A DNA stretch of 64,000 nt, from contig NC_043015.1 of NCBI RefSeq assembly GCF_006345805.1, forward strand, positions 38,812,001-38,876,000, written 5' to 3'. The position numbers and the translations under genes are program-made. The notes beneath the pieces are model-generated. The model was given only the letters and a program-made list of their open reading frames with translations. It had not been told where the DNA came from and searched no databases. Shown piece by piece: positions 20,731 through 34,500 of the stretch. Position 1 is the first letter of the stretch; each line of letters begins with the position of its first letter. Origin of the DNA: Octopus sinensis (lineage: Eukaryota).

Positions 20731-20975
20731 AAGAGATTTCCATCTACCAAATCTACTCACACAGCTTTGGTCAGTCCAGAACTACAGAAGACACTGGCCC
20801 TAGGTGCCACACAGTGGGACTGAACTTGGAACTATGTGTTTGGCAAGTAAACTTCTTACCATACAGCCAACCCTGAAGAATGACTTCTAGCTAAATGAGA
20901 AGCTAGCTAAAGTAAAGATGTAATCATGGCCTGTCCACCTAGCTAGTGAGGTGGCTTCACTTGAAAGCTACAGAC

Positions 20976-21204
20976 TTAACCTTTTAGCATTTAAACTGAC
21001 CATATCTGGCCGAAATATTCTCCCTCTTTTATGGTCAAAGAAGCCAGATCCAACGTCTCACACCTACCCTACGATGCCATTCTAAATATATACAATTACA
21101 TCACTGAAATCTCAAAGCTACAAGATAATGCATGATTAATTCAAAATAATATAAATAAGTAAGCAATACATTTGACAGAGTAACCTGAATGCTAAAAGGG
21201 TTAA
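20976..21204. mobile_element. piggyBac-like MITE (TTAA target)
   Basis: TTAA-CCTTTTAGCATT ... AATGCTAAAAGGG-TTAA. A related copy lies at 48202-48427. Confidence 0.8.
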
Positions 21205-21869
21205 TCGCTTTAAGTTTTGAGTCAAAAAGATGTAATGCTCCACATTTTTGGTTTCAATTACATATATTGAATAACAGTTTGACTGAGCTTCACATAGTTT
21301 TGATGATGTGTAAAACATCCACATCATCAAATGTTCGGAAAGATTTCGAAGCATGCATATATGTGTGCCATCATCATTCTGCATCCATTTCCATGCTTTC
21401 GTGTGTTGGACATTTCAGTAGGATCCAAACAGATGGGAGAGACATGTCAGACTCTGTCTAACGTCTCACTGATCAAATCTTTTCTCTTCTCAAGGATGGC
21501 ATGGTAAGGTAAGGAGAAGAGATGACAGGGGGGGATGAGAGGATGAGAGCAAATAAGATATTTACAGAGGAAAGAAAGGGACTGAGCATACGGCACAGAT
21601 TGGATGCTTTATTCTCGTCAATGGGTTGCTTGGTACAATGAGTAAAAGAAATGTGGGGCGGAGATAAGAGGGTATAAAATTGGTGGGGTGAATAGAAGGG
21701 ATGGCGGAGTGGAGAGTGGAGGCAGAGAATAGGCAAGAGGCAATATGGGGTGTACATTACTCCATTACTTTGACAAATATTTCACCAAACTGGCACAGAA
21801 ATTTGGGTCTTCTGCAGCTCTGTATATCAGCAGCTGACACCTTGTATGTGTCTATGTGTGAATCTCTCT

Positions 21870-22015
21870 CTCTCTCTCTTACTCTACCTATCCCTCTCTC
21901 TCACTCCATCTATCCATCTCTCTCTCTCTCTCACTCCATCTATCCATCTCTCTCTCTCTCTCACTCCATCCATCCACCCCTCTCTCTCTCTCACTCCATC
22001 CATCCACCCCGCCTC
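21870..22015. repeat. 30-bp CT-rich minisatellite
   Basis: (CTCTCTCTCTCACTCCATC(T/C)ATCCA..) about 4 times. Confidence 0.8.
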
Positions 22016-22089
22016 TCTCTTTATTTTATGTATATATGTATGTGTGTAAATATATAGTGGAGAAGTATATATATATCACATAAAGTGCA

Positions 22090-22500
22090 GCTGAGGCTGT
22101 GTGGTAAGAAGCTTGCTTCTGAACCATGGGGTTCTGGGTTCAGTCCCACTGCATGGCACCTTGGGCAGGTGTGTTTTCTACTATAGCTTTGGGCTAACCA
22201 AAGCTTTGTGAGTGGATTTGGCAGACGGAAACTGAAAGAAGCCTATCAGATATATGTATATATCTATGCGTGTATGTCTTTGTGTTCCTGTTTCTCCCTG
22301 ACAACCGCTTGACAATCAGTACTGATGTATATATGTCCCTGTAACTTAGCAGTTCAGCAAAAGAGATTGATAGAATAAGGACCAGGCATTTAAAAAAAAA
22401 CTGGAGTCGATTCATTCAACTAAAAAAAAGAAAAATACTTCAAGGCAATGCTCCAGCATGGCCACAGTCTAATGACTGAAACAAGTAAAAGATAAAAGAT
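22090..22500 (+). mobile_element. SINE family C (tRNA-like head, CORE-like body, internal microsatellite)
   Basis: ggctgtgtggtaagaagcttgct...ggttcagtcccactgcatggcaccttgggca...gaaactgaaagaagcc...gactgaaacaagtaaaag. Related copies at about 14125-14480, 19715-19870, 20040-20250, 23320-23540, 34455-34850, 41290-41635, 47275-47640, 55252-55490 and 57070-57450. Confidence 0.85.
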
Positions 22501-22609
22501 GTATATGTCAATCTCTTTTGCTGAACTGCTAAGTTACAGGGACTTAGATACACCAGCACTACTTTTCAATAAAGTTTATATATACATGTGTGTGCGTGTG
22601 TGTGTGAGT

Positions 22610-22975
22610 TCCCAAAACACTTGATGCTTTGGGAACCAGACAAAAATTGCTGCAGCTCGGCTGGGATGTGGTACCCCACCCTCCATATTCACCAGATATT
22701 GTTCCTTCGGATTTCCACTTATTTAGGTCCCTGCAGAATAGTCTTAATGGTAAAAATCTCAATTCCTTGGATGACGTCAAAAGATACCTTGATGAATTCT
22801 TTGCCATGAAACCACCTCAATTCTGGGAAGAGGGTAATTTCAAGTTAAAGGAAAGATGGAGACACATTGTGCAACAAAATGGTTCATATTTGGTTGATTA
22901 AAAATGTAATCGCAAGTATTTATTGACCTTTGACTTTCCTTTAAAAATCGGCATGAACTTTCCGGACAACCCAAT
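22610..22975 (+). mobile_element. Mariner transposase C-terminal remnant with 3' TIR
   Basis: ORF 22629-22901 HPPYSPDIVPSDFHLFRSLQNSL...GNFKLKERWRHIVQQNGSY carries the mariner YSPDLAPSD motif. Terminal aaaatcggcatgaactttccggacaacccaaTA. Confidence 0.9.
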
Positions 22976-24530
22976 AGCATCAATAGTGTTTCTTCCTGGC
23001 ACAAAACCAAACTGCATCTCATCTGGGCTAATTTGGCTAATTCCTTTTTTAATTAGTAGACCTGTTTCCTTCTTACCTCATAATCTCCTTCGTTTTGGCT
23101 GTGTCTTGTGACCATTTGGTTGGGAAGCAGGCTTTTTTAACCACACAGCCATTCATGTTCCTATTCTGTCAATCAATTTGGCATGAAATTCCAGAAACTG
23201 TCATTGAAATCATTTCCAGTTTATATTAATCTCGTCTGTGGACAGAAAGTATTGAAAACATTTATGTTACACTTTGATTTGTTTTGACTTTTGTGTGGCA
23301 CTATCTTTTGTTTTTTTTTACTTGTTTCAGTCATTGAACTGTGGCCATGCTGGGGCATTGTCTTGAAGGGTTTTAGTTGAATGAATTGACCCCCAGTACT
23401 TACCTTTTTAAACCCTGATACTTCTTCTATTGGTTTCTTTTACCAAACCACTAAGTTATGTGGACATAAACAACCAACACCTGGTTGTCAAGCAGTAGTG
23501 GAGGACAAAGACACACAAAAAAAAAAAAAAACACACACACACAAGAGGAACAAAAGTCATGCCTTTTTGAAGTGGTCAGCTGCCCAGCAGATGTGATTGT
23601 ACAATTAAAAGTTCAGGATAAAGAGAACATCATCATCATCATCCTTATCATCATCATCGTGTAACGTCTGTTTTCCATGCTTGCATGGGTAACATTTATG
23701 GCAAATAAATGTGGAACTTACAGTACTTGTACCCTGACTATAAATTCCCATTTGTACCTATAATCTTAGGTGTATTAGCTTATGTTCCAATAATTTTACA
23801 CAAAAGCCTAAAAGTGCTAGATTTTTTCAGAGAAAGAGCAAGAGAAACTGACATAGATTCTTGTAATCCAATCTGTTAGTGGCAAAGTGAAGGTTTGTAA
23901 GACATTCCAAAGATTCTCCATCTGAGATTCTTTTGGTGAATAGAGGCACACACTTGGATGTGTGCATCGACAGCTCAACCAACGCACCAACTCCACCACA
24001 AATCAGGAATTCTCTCAACTCAACGAGTCTTGTCACTTTGTTAGCATCCGGCTCAAACTGTTTTAAGAACTTAAATAAAACTCAAGAAAAAACATACATA
24101 TAAAACAGGCTTCCCCCTCTACTAAAACAGCTTACAAGACTTTGGTCAGCCTGAGACTATAGCAGAAGATATTTGCCCAAGATGCCACACCATGAAATTG
24201 AACCCAGGGCCATGTGGTTGGGAAGCAAACTTCTCACTACATGCTCACACTCGTGCCTATATATATATATATATATATATATAATACAAAATAAGAAAAT
24301 GGAGGAATACACTTTAATCAATAATCAACTACCAGATAATACCCATTCACATAATTTATTAAACCACTACATATGAACATTAAGGTCAAACACAATAATA
24401 CAGAACAAAACAGTGCACATCAATGAGTAATATGATACAATAAGTACAATACGTATAAATAAATATAAATATAAACTAGATATATGTTATCCCATAGAGG
24501 GTTACACTCACAACCCCTATCTCAATTTAT

Positions 24531-24562
<32 letters not shown>

Positions 24563-25271
24563 CATATTGAGGAATTAAAAGAAAAAACTAATAACGACTG
24601 GAGACGAAGCTGATGTAGCTATAGAATATGTTTGACCCCTTAAGATGAGGTTCCAAGAAAATTATAATTCTATTAGCAAGAATTCATGTCAGACATTGTA
24701 TTTTGAGTTAATCCCTTGACACTAAATGCAGTTTATATATTAAATTAAATCTTTTTATTCTCTAAACGATTATATTTTCCTGTGCCAATAAATGTGCAAT
24801 GCTGGATATGTATTCTTTGAGTTATTTCAGGCTTTGAACTGAAGCAGTGCCGATGTACCACCTTGAAGGGTTCAGTAAATGAAATTAGCTCCTGTGCGTA
24901 ATGTCAGTCTCTCTCTCTCTCTCTTTCCTTTTGAACTTAGTAGTATTTGTGCCATTACCTTGGTAAGGCGAAGGCTGAATTTTAGAGATGAGGTTAGAAT
25001 AAGATCAAAACTTTGTCAGAGTTGTCCCCCTTAGAGGCAGGAAAACTGAAAATTCAATTAGTTGCGGACCGATATCGATTTTAATTTTTTTCATCACACA
25101 CAACATATATATATTCCTAGTTAGCTTTTTAATTCTCATTGCATTAAATACGTAATTAAGAACATATCTACGACTTCAAGAATTTAACACACGACAAACT
25201 GCAAACCTAATTCCTTTGCCAGCCTTTTAGAGTCAAGTCAGGTAAGAAGCGACTCTGAAGGAAGATTCCAA

Positions 25272-25308
25272 GTCACGTGAATTCTCGTTTCTTTTTCACG
25301 TTACGTGG
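25272..25308 (+). promoter_or_regulatory. EIF2A proximal E-box (GTCACGTGA) and ACGT-core motifs
   Basis: GTCACGTGA at 25272-25280 and TTACGTGG at 25301-25308, just upstream of the ATG (AAGATGG, good Kozak context). Confidence 0.4.
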
Positions 25309-25315
25309 GAACAAG

Positions 25316-25542
25316 ATGGCGATGCCCATACCGAACCTGGCATGTGAGTCCAACTTTTCAGTTTTCCCTTCGATATTTATTTATATATATGCATACAGCT
25401 TGTAAATTTAACCTTTAAACGTATTTCTTAATATGCTGGCCATTGATGGAATTTTTTTCGAAAAATTTTTTCCTATATTAGATGTAAATTTAAATATGTA
25501 TGTGTGTGTAATATACATACACACACATGTATATATATACAC

Positions 25543-25582
<40 letters not shown>

Positions 25583-28500
25583 GCACATATATATGTGTGT
25601 TTCTGTGTGTGTAGTGTTGAGTATAATTCCTTGTTTAAAATTTTGTCAATCAATCGTGAATAATTAAATCGGCGCACTTTGGCCAATAATTCTTGTAATT
25701 GTTGGAGAATTTATTGGTTTATGTTCTATTGTTACCTTCATAATTATAGTTAAATAATTGGTGTATAATATTTACCCCATATCTGGTAAATAATTACATA
25801 TCGGTGATAAGACTAGTTTAGGCCTTCTTTTTTTGTGTGTGTATTCTATCGATTTCTAAGATGCAAATTCTTCCACAAGAGAAAAATTGAGATTATATGA
25901 CATTGGTGTCATCTGTGCTTTTAGCTGCTTAATTGAACTTAAATGTCTACAGAGGCGAAGAGAAATTGGTTCGTCTTTGCATATGTATATATACATATGC
26001 ATGTGTGTGTGATGTAGAGAACAAATTTCCTGTTTATAGTTTTCTCATAAATCAAATTATACTCATTCATTATTGTGTAATTATATTCCGCTGATGCAGA
26101 ACCACAGATTTCTGCCCCCGCCCTCCCCCACCGACTTTGGATGATTATAACTTTCAGAAAAATGGATATTTATTTTTAATGATTCGAGATTTTACTGAAA
26201 TATCTCAATTTTGATTAGAAACGTGGTCAAGTTGTCGAATTTGTACCTAAATAACCACCTCCAGTACAAAACGGTTAGGGACCACGTAAGAACGATTTGT
26301 CACATTCTAATAATGACATGCATTTTTCTAATAAATCACCATTTTTCTAATAAATTTCCAAATAAATCACCATTTTTCATAAGTGAACTAAAATTAATTC
26401 AACTGAGTCAATTCCCAACATAAGACATTTTTTCAGCCATAAAGTTTTGCACTTGAGAATTTTTGTAGTCATTCGGTGATTCGACACGTGTTTTACATAA
26501 TACTTTATGCGCTAATAAGGAACCTGTGGTTACTAATTACACCGAATAAATTATTGTTTAATGGTATATTTTATTAACAACGTAGCACCACACTTAAGAA
26601 TTTTTGCAGGCATTGAGTAACTGCAGCATGTCATTCATTCCGGTACTACTTGAGAACAGTGGTCCCGGTGTGCGCACTCGCGCATCCGCGCTAGCTAGTC
26701 GTGACTAGTCGATCCTACAACGACTACCTAGCAAAGTAAATAATTTTTGTTAAACAAAGTAAATAAAACAAAAACACAAAGTAAATAATTTTTTAAACAA
26801 AGTAAATAACACAAAAACACAAAGTAAGGATCGACTAGTCATGACTAGCTTGCGCGACTACGCGAGTGCGCGCACCGGGACCACTGTTCTCAAGTAATAC
26901 CACCATTCCTATAATGGTCCTCTACGTTTTATGCTGGAGGTCGTCGTTAATCGAATGACACATGTCTAGTAAGATTCAAATTAGTTGATTACACGATCAG
27001 CTGGTATCAGCGCCATATGTTCCTTGCAGCTAAAAGTATTCTCGTAAGTTTTAAACCTTTTAAGTTAGCAACGTGTAGAATTGGTAAATGGGTCGTAAAA
27101 CTAAGATATGATTTATATCTAACCCACGTTAGATATTTGGCCTTGCGTGGAACATACTCTTGCATCTCATATTAAATCAACTTTTGGTGAATGGATTAGT
27201 TACTGGGATTATAATCTCAGAGGATGTATATTCAGACTATTCAACTGGATTTGTGTGCCCCGAGGTCTCATGCTCATCATTATCTTTGCTCAAAACAACC
27301 TGTTTTTTTAACTCTAGATCAGCTTTGATTATTCCTGTGGTATGTAGTTAGCTAAATGTCCTGATGACTGGGAATGTAGAGATAGTTACATGCTGATAGA
27401 CTGAAGATGTAATTGATCTATTTGATTAAATGCATCTGAGCACACAGACACATCTTCACAATTTTACGTCTGCTTTCTAAGTTGGCATGGGTCGGATGAG
27501 TTGTCATGGACTGAGTTGTCTCCCATTTGGTGCTTGTGTATGTCATTTGGTTTGGATTCATTTGCCAACCACTTAACAGAATGGTTGACAATTGAATGAT
27601 TGTTATTGGCTGTTGAATGATAACTAGTTTGTTTGGTAGGTTGTGATGGAGATGTGTTATGGAAAATTTCCCACGAAATTTTCTAAAAATAAGTGCAAAC
27701 ATTTACATTGTATATGTGAGGATGATAGAGGAATAACCTGGCTTAGAATTTTCTGCACACATTTTTGCCTATATTCATAAATCAAAAATAATATATTATA
27801 TGGCTATGTACATGTAGCGTTGTAGAGGTGAGGAAGTGTGGTCACTTACAAGAGAGAGAGAGTAAAGGAAGAGTGTGTATGTGTGTGAGACGTTAGAAAA
27901 ATTGTGAAATTTAGCCCAAACACCTTTTATCTATCTATCTATCTGTCTGTCTATCTATTTACCTGTCTGTCTGTCTCTCCCCAAATTGAGAGAGTGAAAC
28001 AGGTAAACTGCAGGCTACGTATGTTTCTTAGCTAGTTGAATCTCTTGACTTAATAGTTATGCAATGAGCTGCCTTCCAGATGGCGAATCGTCAGGCTGAG
28101 ATCACCTTGATTAAATGAATGTTTCATTGTCTCTTGGAATTTCCAAGTCAGCTTCACCACAGTGGTGTGTTGAACTGAATGGGGGAAGCCAGGAGTAGAA
28201 AATATATAAAAAAAATAAAACCCAACAAAATGGTCAAGATTTCATGGAAAAGGGTGAGATTGAAATATGCAAAAGTTGGAGTGGGTTACAGTTGAGGATT
28301 AGGAAGAAAAAATGAGAGAGAGAGAAGGGAAGAGAGAATAACTGACATGCTGGATATGAATAATGATTGACCAGTAACTTTCAGACTGGAATAACCGTGT
28401 TTGGTATTCACAAATTCTTTCATTTCATTTTCGTAACTTAAACCAATGTCTTAAAAAACAGTTATGAGTTTAGAACGATAACATAAATGAAATTTCATTT

Positions 28501-31500
28501 TGCAGTGCGTGGATCAGATGGCGTCTGGGTCCTTCAGGGTTCCCCTAACAAAACCAAAGAAGTGTTTCGAGGGTAAGTTTTAATTTTACCCTTTTTTTTT
28601 TATTTAACAGTTGTCGCATACATTAACATTTATAGTGTTCAAGCATGTTTGTAGTTTAAATATTTTATAGGGACACACATATCTGAAATTAAGGTACCAG
28701 CTCTGCTGAAGATAAGATTGGAAGTTAAAATCTTGTTGTGGCAATAATACAGGGGTGGGGCTTAAAGATCTCTCACATTGTGAATGAACATAAAAAGAAA
28801 ACACAACCGTCCAGGAAAAAAATTATTGTTTCTGAAAAGTATATAAAAAAACAGTATATGTATGTATGTATGTATATATGTATATATATACATGTATATA
28901 TATCAAATGGAAATTGTAGTTGTGATACCTGTGCTGGTGGCATGTAAAAGGCACCATCCAAATGTGGCTGATGCCAGTGCCGCCTTGATTGGCTTCCATG
29001 CCGGTGGCACGTAAAAAGCACCAACCGATCGAGGTCGCTGCCAGCCTCCTCTGGCACCTGTGCCGGTGGCACGTAAAAAGCACCCACTACACTCACGGAG
29101 TGGTTGGCGTTAGGAAGGGCATCCACTTGTAGAAACACTGCCAGATCAGACTGGAGCCTGGTGCAGCCTCCTGGCTTTCCAGATCCCTGGTCGAACTGTC
29201 CAACCCATGCTAGCATGAAAAACAGACGTTAAACAATGATGATAAGCATTACATTTGACAGAATAATCTGAATGCTAAATGGTTGGGGTATATTGCTTTG
29301 TTTGCAGTCTTAATTCATCATCACCATTGTCTAATCACCCAGCAGAGTGGACTTGATTAACTGAATTTAAATGAAACTTGCTGTTTTCAGTGGAATGGTT
29401 ACATACAGGAATGGAAATCAAGCAGAAAAACAGATTTCTGCCTCATTTTATAAGCATTGGGTGTAAAACTTTGACTTTATTATTTGTAAAATAGATTTAA
29501 ATCAAAATGAAATACAAATTCAATTTGAAGAATTTTCTAGAGTGCACATATCAACACCAGTTTGTTACGATGGAAATTTACTCTTTTATGTCTTTGATTC
29601 CATTGCTGAAAATTTGGATAAGATTTTTCCCCTCTATAAATGCTTATTTTTTATTCAGGGATTACAAAACAGAATGTCGTGCCATGGCCTTCTCTATGAA
29701 TGGGCAATATTTTGCCTGGAGTGATGAAGATGGGTAAGAATTCAACCATTTATTTATTGGCTTTGGATAAATTTATTTCTATCAAATCTTATGTAACTAT
29801 TTTGCAATTTAAGATAGATTTCAATATTTTATTCTACCTGTTTAAGGGACTAAGAATAAAGAAGCAATTTCTTCTTTCCATTCTAACCTGATGATAATGT
29901 GAACTTGTTCCTATATATATTCTTCACTACAAATCCTGTAAATTATTCCTCGTTTTTGTCTCTCGTTTTTGCTAACCATGTGACTGCAGTTAATGGAAGT
30001 GACTGTCTCACTTACTCCAGCTCCCTCTCTCCTCTCTCATACTCCCTTTCTTTCACTCTCTCCTTCCCCCAATAACCTAAAGTGTAATGTGTTAACGAAC
30101 AACCAAGCGGAATTATAATGTGGATTATTTTAATTTCAGTATCAAAGTTATGAAAACAAGCAACTATGAAAAAGTGATAGCAATTGAGAAGTCCAGGATA
30201 TCTGGACTTGCGTTTTCCCCTCTTGGAACATACCTCATTTCTGCTGATATCTCAAGTAAGCATACATTGGTTTGTGCGTCTATATTCACCCATGTACATA
30301 CATCATCATCATCATCATCTTTTAACGTCCGCTTTTCATGCTAGCATGGGTTGGACGATTTTGACTGAGGGCTGTCGAACCAGATGGCCGCACCAGAGTT
30401 TCTACAGCTGGATGCCCTTCCTAACGCCAACCACTCCGAGAGTGTAGTGGATGCTTTTACGTGCCACCGACACAGGGGCCAGTAAGGTGACGTTGGTAAC
30501 GATCACGCTTGAATGGTGCTCTTTTACGTGCCACCGGCTGCTTTGGTAACGATCACGCTCGGATGGTGCTCTTGGCACCCTACTCGCACGGGCGCTCGGA
30601 TGGTGCTCTTGGTACCCTACTAGCACGGGTGGCACCCTACATTTGCAAATAATAATTTAAAGTATCTTGTTTTTAACAATGCTTTTGATTGATATGGATT
30701 CCTTTTAACAGCCAGTTTTTGACTTTATTATTTCAGGTCAAAAGAAAGATGTTCCCAACCTGTGTATTTGGGAAACAGCCACAGGGAAATTGTTGAAAGG
30801 ATTCTTCCATAAAAGGATGTCTGATTGGTAAGTTTGAATTGCATTAATACTCATCATCATCATCACCATTGTCTAATGTCTGTTTTCTATGCTGGCATGG
30901 GTTTGACGGTTTGACAGGAGCTTTTAAGGCAGAGAACTGGCAGGGACATTAGCACACCGGGCAAAATGCGTAGCCGTATTTTGTCTGCAACTACGTTCTG
31001 AGTTCAAATTTCTGCTGAGGTCGACTTCGCCTTTCATCCTTTCCTCTCTTCTTCCATCACCAATCACTTTATACAATCTCATGATGATGATGATGCTGTG
31101 CTTCCTCTCTCTTGACATCTGGTAAATCCACCATTACTTCTATTATTAACATCAGTACTTCTCATTAGCCATCCATTTCTTCTTTTATCTTATATCTCCT
31201 GGAGTCTGACAATCTGGTAGTATTTAATGGCGCCAATATATCATACTCTCTGCTAAGCTTTACTTTGCCTTTCATCCTTTCGGGGTCGATTAGATAAGTA
31301 CCAGTTACGCACTGGGGTCGATATAATCAATTTAATCTCTTTGTCCTTGTTTGTCCCCTCTATGTTTAGCCTCCTGTGAACAATAAAGAAATAAATATAT
31401 CATACCCTCCCACATAGACAACTTCAGACTAACACACGAGTTCACTACATCACTACGGACTTGTAGAAATAATTATTTTAGATTGTTAATGAGATTTTAG

Positions 31501-34500
31501 CAATTAATGATTATTTCTGTTGTATCTGTTAATGCTGGATATTTTTAAATAACCATTTTCTTTTTAGCCTGGGAGAGAATCATTCTGTTATATGCTAGAC
31601 ATAAACATTGCAAAAATACAAGTCTTTGATAAAAGACTCAATCTATGAATTTATGTTTAAAAAAAAGATAATCTACCTGGCAAAGCTTTGTTTTTTTGAA
31701 AGACAATGTACTGAAAACTTCGTTTTATTCTTTAATCCTCGTATTTTCTTTTCAAGGAAGCCCAGTTGGACTCCTGATGATAAACTGATGGTCCGTCTAC
31801 ACAACAATGATGTTGAGTTTTACGAAAATGGAGATTTTGGTATGTTGACATAATGTTTTATTGTAGAACTTAAATTTATGAAATAAAGAAAGAGTTAGTG
31901 TATTAATGCCATTATTGGCTCAACATTTATTCAGTGCTCATCAAGTATTTTAATTATTTTTACAATCTGATTAATTACAATACTTCAAATGAAATGTTGA
32001 GAAAAATTTAAATTTCAACACACTTTATATTTTATTTCAAATATTTTCCAGATTATAATGAAATAAAAAAAAAATTATTAATAATGTAACGAGCATAGTT
32101 TTACTTTGTTTATTTCTCTCGCTACTCTGAATTTATTAAGTATCATTCTGCTGGATAGAAGCTTTTCTCTCCACCATTCTAACACAGGATTCATTATGAA
32201 GAAACGATGTTGATTAGACTTATTACACATCTTTTGAATGAAACAATAATTTGACATTTTGATTTTTGTTGTAGATAATCCAAAGACACGTCTTCATGCT
32301 GCAAAGATTTCTGAATATGCTTTTTCTAAGAGCGACCACGTTGCCATCTATATTCCTGGGAGCAAAGTGAGATTTTATCTTTATGCCATGTTTGATATTT
32401 TACGACCATTATATTTGAAATAGTTCTTTTTATTTTACATCTGTGTGTGAAACCTGACATTGTTGAGTCTGTTTGAATAACAGCTTGTAAGATAGTTGAA
32501 CAGCAGACTTATGCTGGGAGAGCAGTGAAAAGTACGGTTATGTTAGAGGGACGTTAAGACAAATGTTAAATTGGAGGGTCAGGTTCAGCCAGGTGTTAAA
32601 TTGGAGGGTTAGGTTCAGACAGGTGTTAAATTGGAGGGTCAGGTAGATTGCAGTTGAGATAAATATTACTGGTATTAAACAACTGGTATTAAACAATGTT
32701 TTTGAGACTATCATTGATGCCGGATTGTTCTGATTAACAAAATAATTTTCATTATTGGCTCTGTCCAATTAACTCTTTAATAGGTTCTTTAATTAAAATT
32801 ATGAGAATTTGTGTAATTGAATGTTGGATTATACAAGAAAACTGTAGTCAGTGCTGTCTGTTGCAGCATGGCACCTTCCAGTAACACTGGTAGTTACTCA
32901 AAACAAAACAAAAAAACTCATTGATTATATTTCTTTTTTAAGCAAAATATATTTTCTAAATGGTTTAAGATGTAAATTGTAACAAGATTTGTAAAATGGT
33001 TCATTGAACCATCTTTAAATTTGGATGTAGTTGTTAGTTGGAGAATTTCTTTTATGATTTCATCAAATCGTTATTTAATCTTCTTTGATTTTTAGGGTCA
33101 GCCATCAAATATTCGAATCTTCAAGCATCCCAACTTCAATGGGTGCCCCTTGGCGAATAAGAGCTTTTTCAAAGCTGACAAAATTACAATGTTTTGGAAT
33201 AAAGCTGGTGAGTGTAGATGTTTGTATGTGTGAGTATATATAAATAAACTGTTTTAAAATATTTTATTTTCACCATTTAATGCCTTTATATTTTTGTACA
33301 GCTTAGACGAGTCTTCAGGTCTTCTCCAGCACAGAATCTTTGCTGTGATCACATCATCATCATCATCATTTAACGTCCGCTTTCCATGCTAGCATGGGTT
33401 GGACGATTTGACTGAGGTCTGGCAAACCAAACTCCAATCTGATCTGGCAATGTTTCTACAGCTGGATGCCCTTCCTAATGCCAACCACTCCGAGAGTGTA
33501 GTGGGTGCTTTTACGTGCCATTGGCATGAGGGCCAGTGTGGTGGTACTGGCAACGGCCATGCCCAAATGGTGCTTTTTACGTGCCACCTGCAAAGGAGCC
33601 AGTCCAGTGGCACTGGCGACGACCTCGCTCGAATGTTTCACGTGCCACCAATACAACTGCTAGTAAGGTCATGCGGTAACGATCACACTCGAATAGTGTG
33701 TTTAACGTGCCATCGGCACGAAGGCCAGCTTGTTGCTCTGGCAACGATCTCACTCGTATGGTACTCTTAGTGCTTCACTAGCAATGGATGCCAGTCACCG
33801 AGTTTGATTCCGACTTCGATTTCACTTACCTCAACTGGTCTTCGCAAGCAGAGTTTAGTGTCCAATGAAGAAAAGGCATGCATAAGTGGACTGGTTACAC
33901 CCCTGGCATAGGCCACAAGGTTATGGTCACACTTGTGCTTGCTGAGTCTTCTCAAGCACAGCATATTTCCAGAGGTCCCAGTCACATTCCATCTTTTTCA
34001 TGAGATTCAGTTTCTTCAGATCAGTCTTCACATGTCTCCCATTATTTTTTTTTTGTGTAGATCCATTCCTCTTTGTTTTTCTTCACCCGTTGGTCATCCT
34101 GCATTTCAACACCTCTCATGTCCAGCCTTTCTCTGTCCACTGGTCGTCCATTGTTTATGCACACAAACAATGTATACAGCAGAGCATGTTTGCCGTCCCT
34201 TTTTTTCCCCAACCTGCACACATTCTCTGCATTCTACACCTGTTTCACTACCATGCAACATTGTACTTCCTACACAACCTTGCCCAGCACGATTTGGTCC
34301 TCCATAACAAAATGCAAGAAGCTGTGCTGGAAAAGCTTCATCCAGTCTGAGTTAAAAATCTCGAATCTTCTCAAGAATTCTGGTTTAATTCTTGTTTCTA
34401 ATTTCATTATTTTCAAGTGGTCATCTTCAGTTTTTATTTTGTTTTTATTGCTTTTACTCTTTTACTTGTTTCAGTCATTTGAGTGTGGCCATGCTGGAGC

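Noticed and set aside
32452-32564. Hairpin (GAGTCTGTT/AGCAGACTT) + AGAGCA + ACA, resembling an H/ACA snoRNA
   Set aside because: The would-be 3' hairpin and ACA box are a degenerate unit of the adjacent 30-bp minisatellite.
32565-32645. Regularly spaced 30-bp repeats as a CRISPR-like array
   Set aside because: There are no unique spacers, the context is a eukaryotic intron and no cas genes are present. It is a simple minisatellite.
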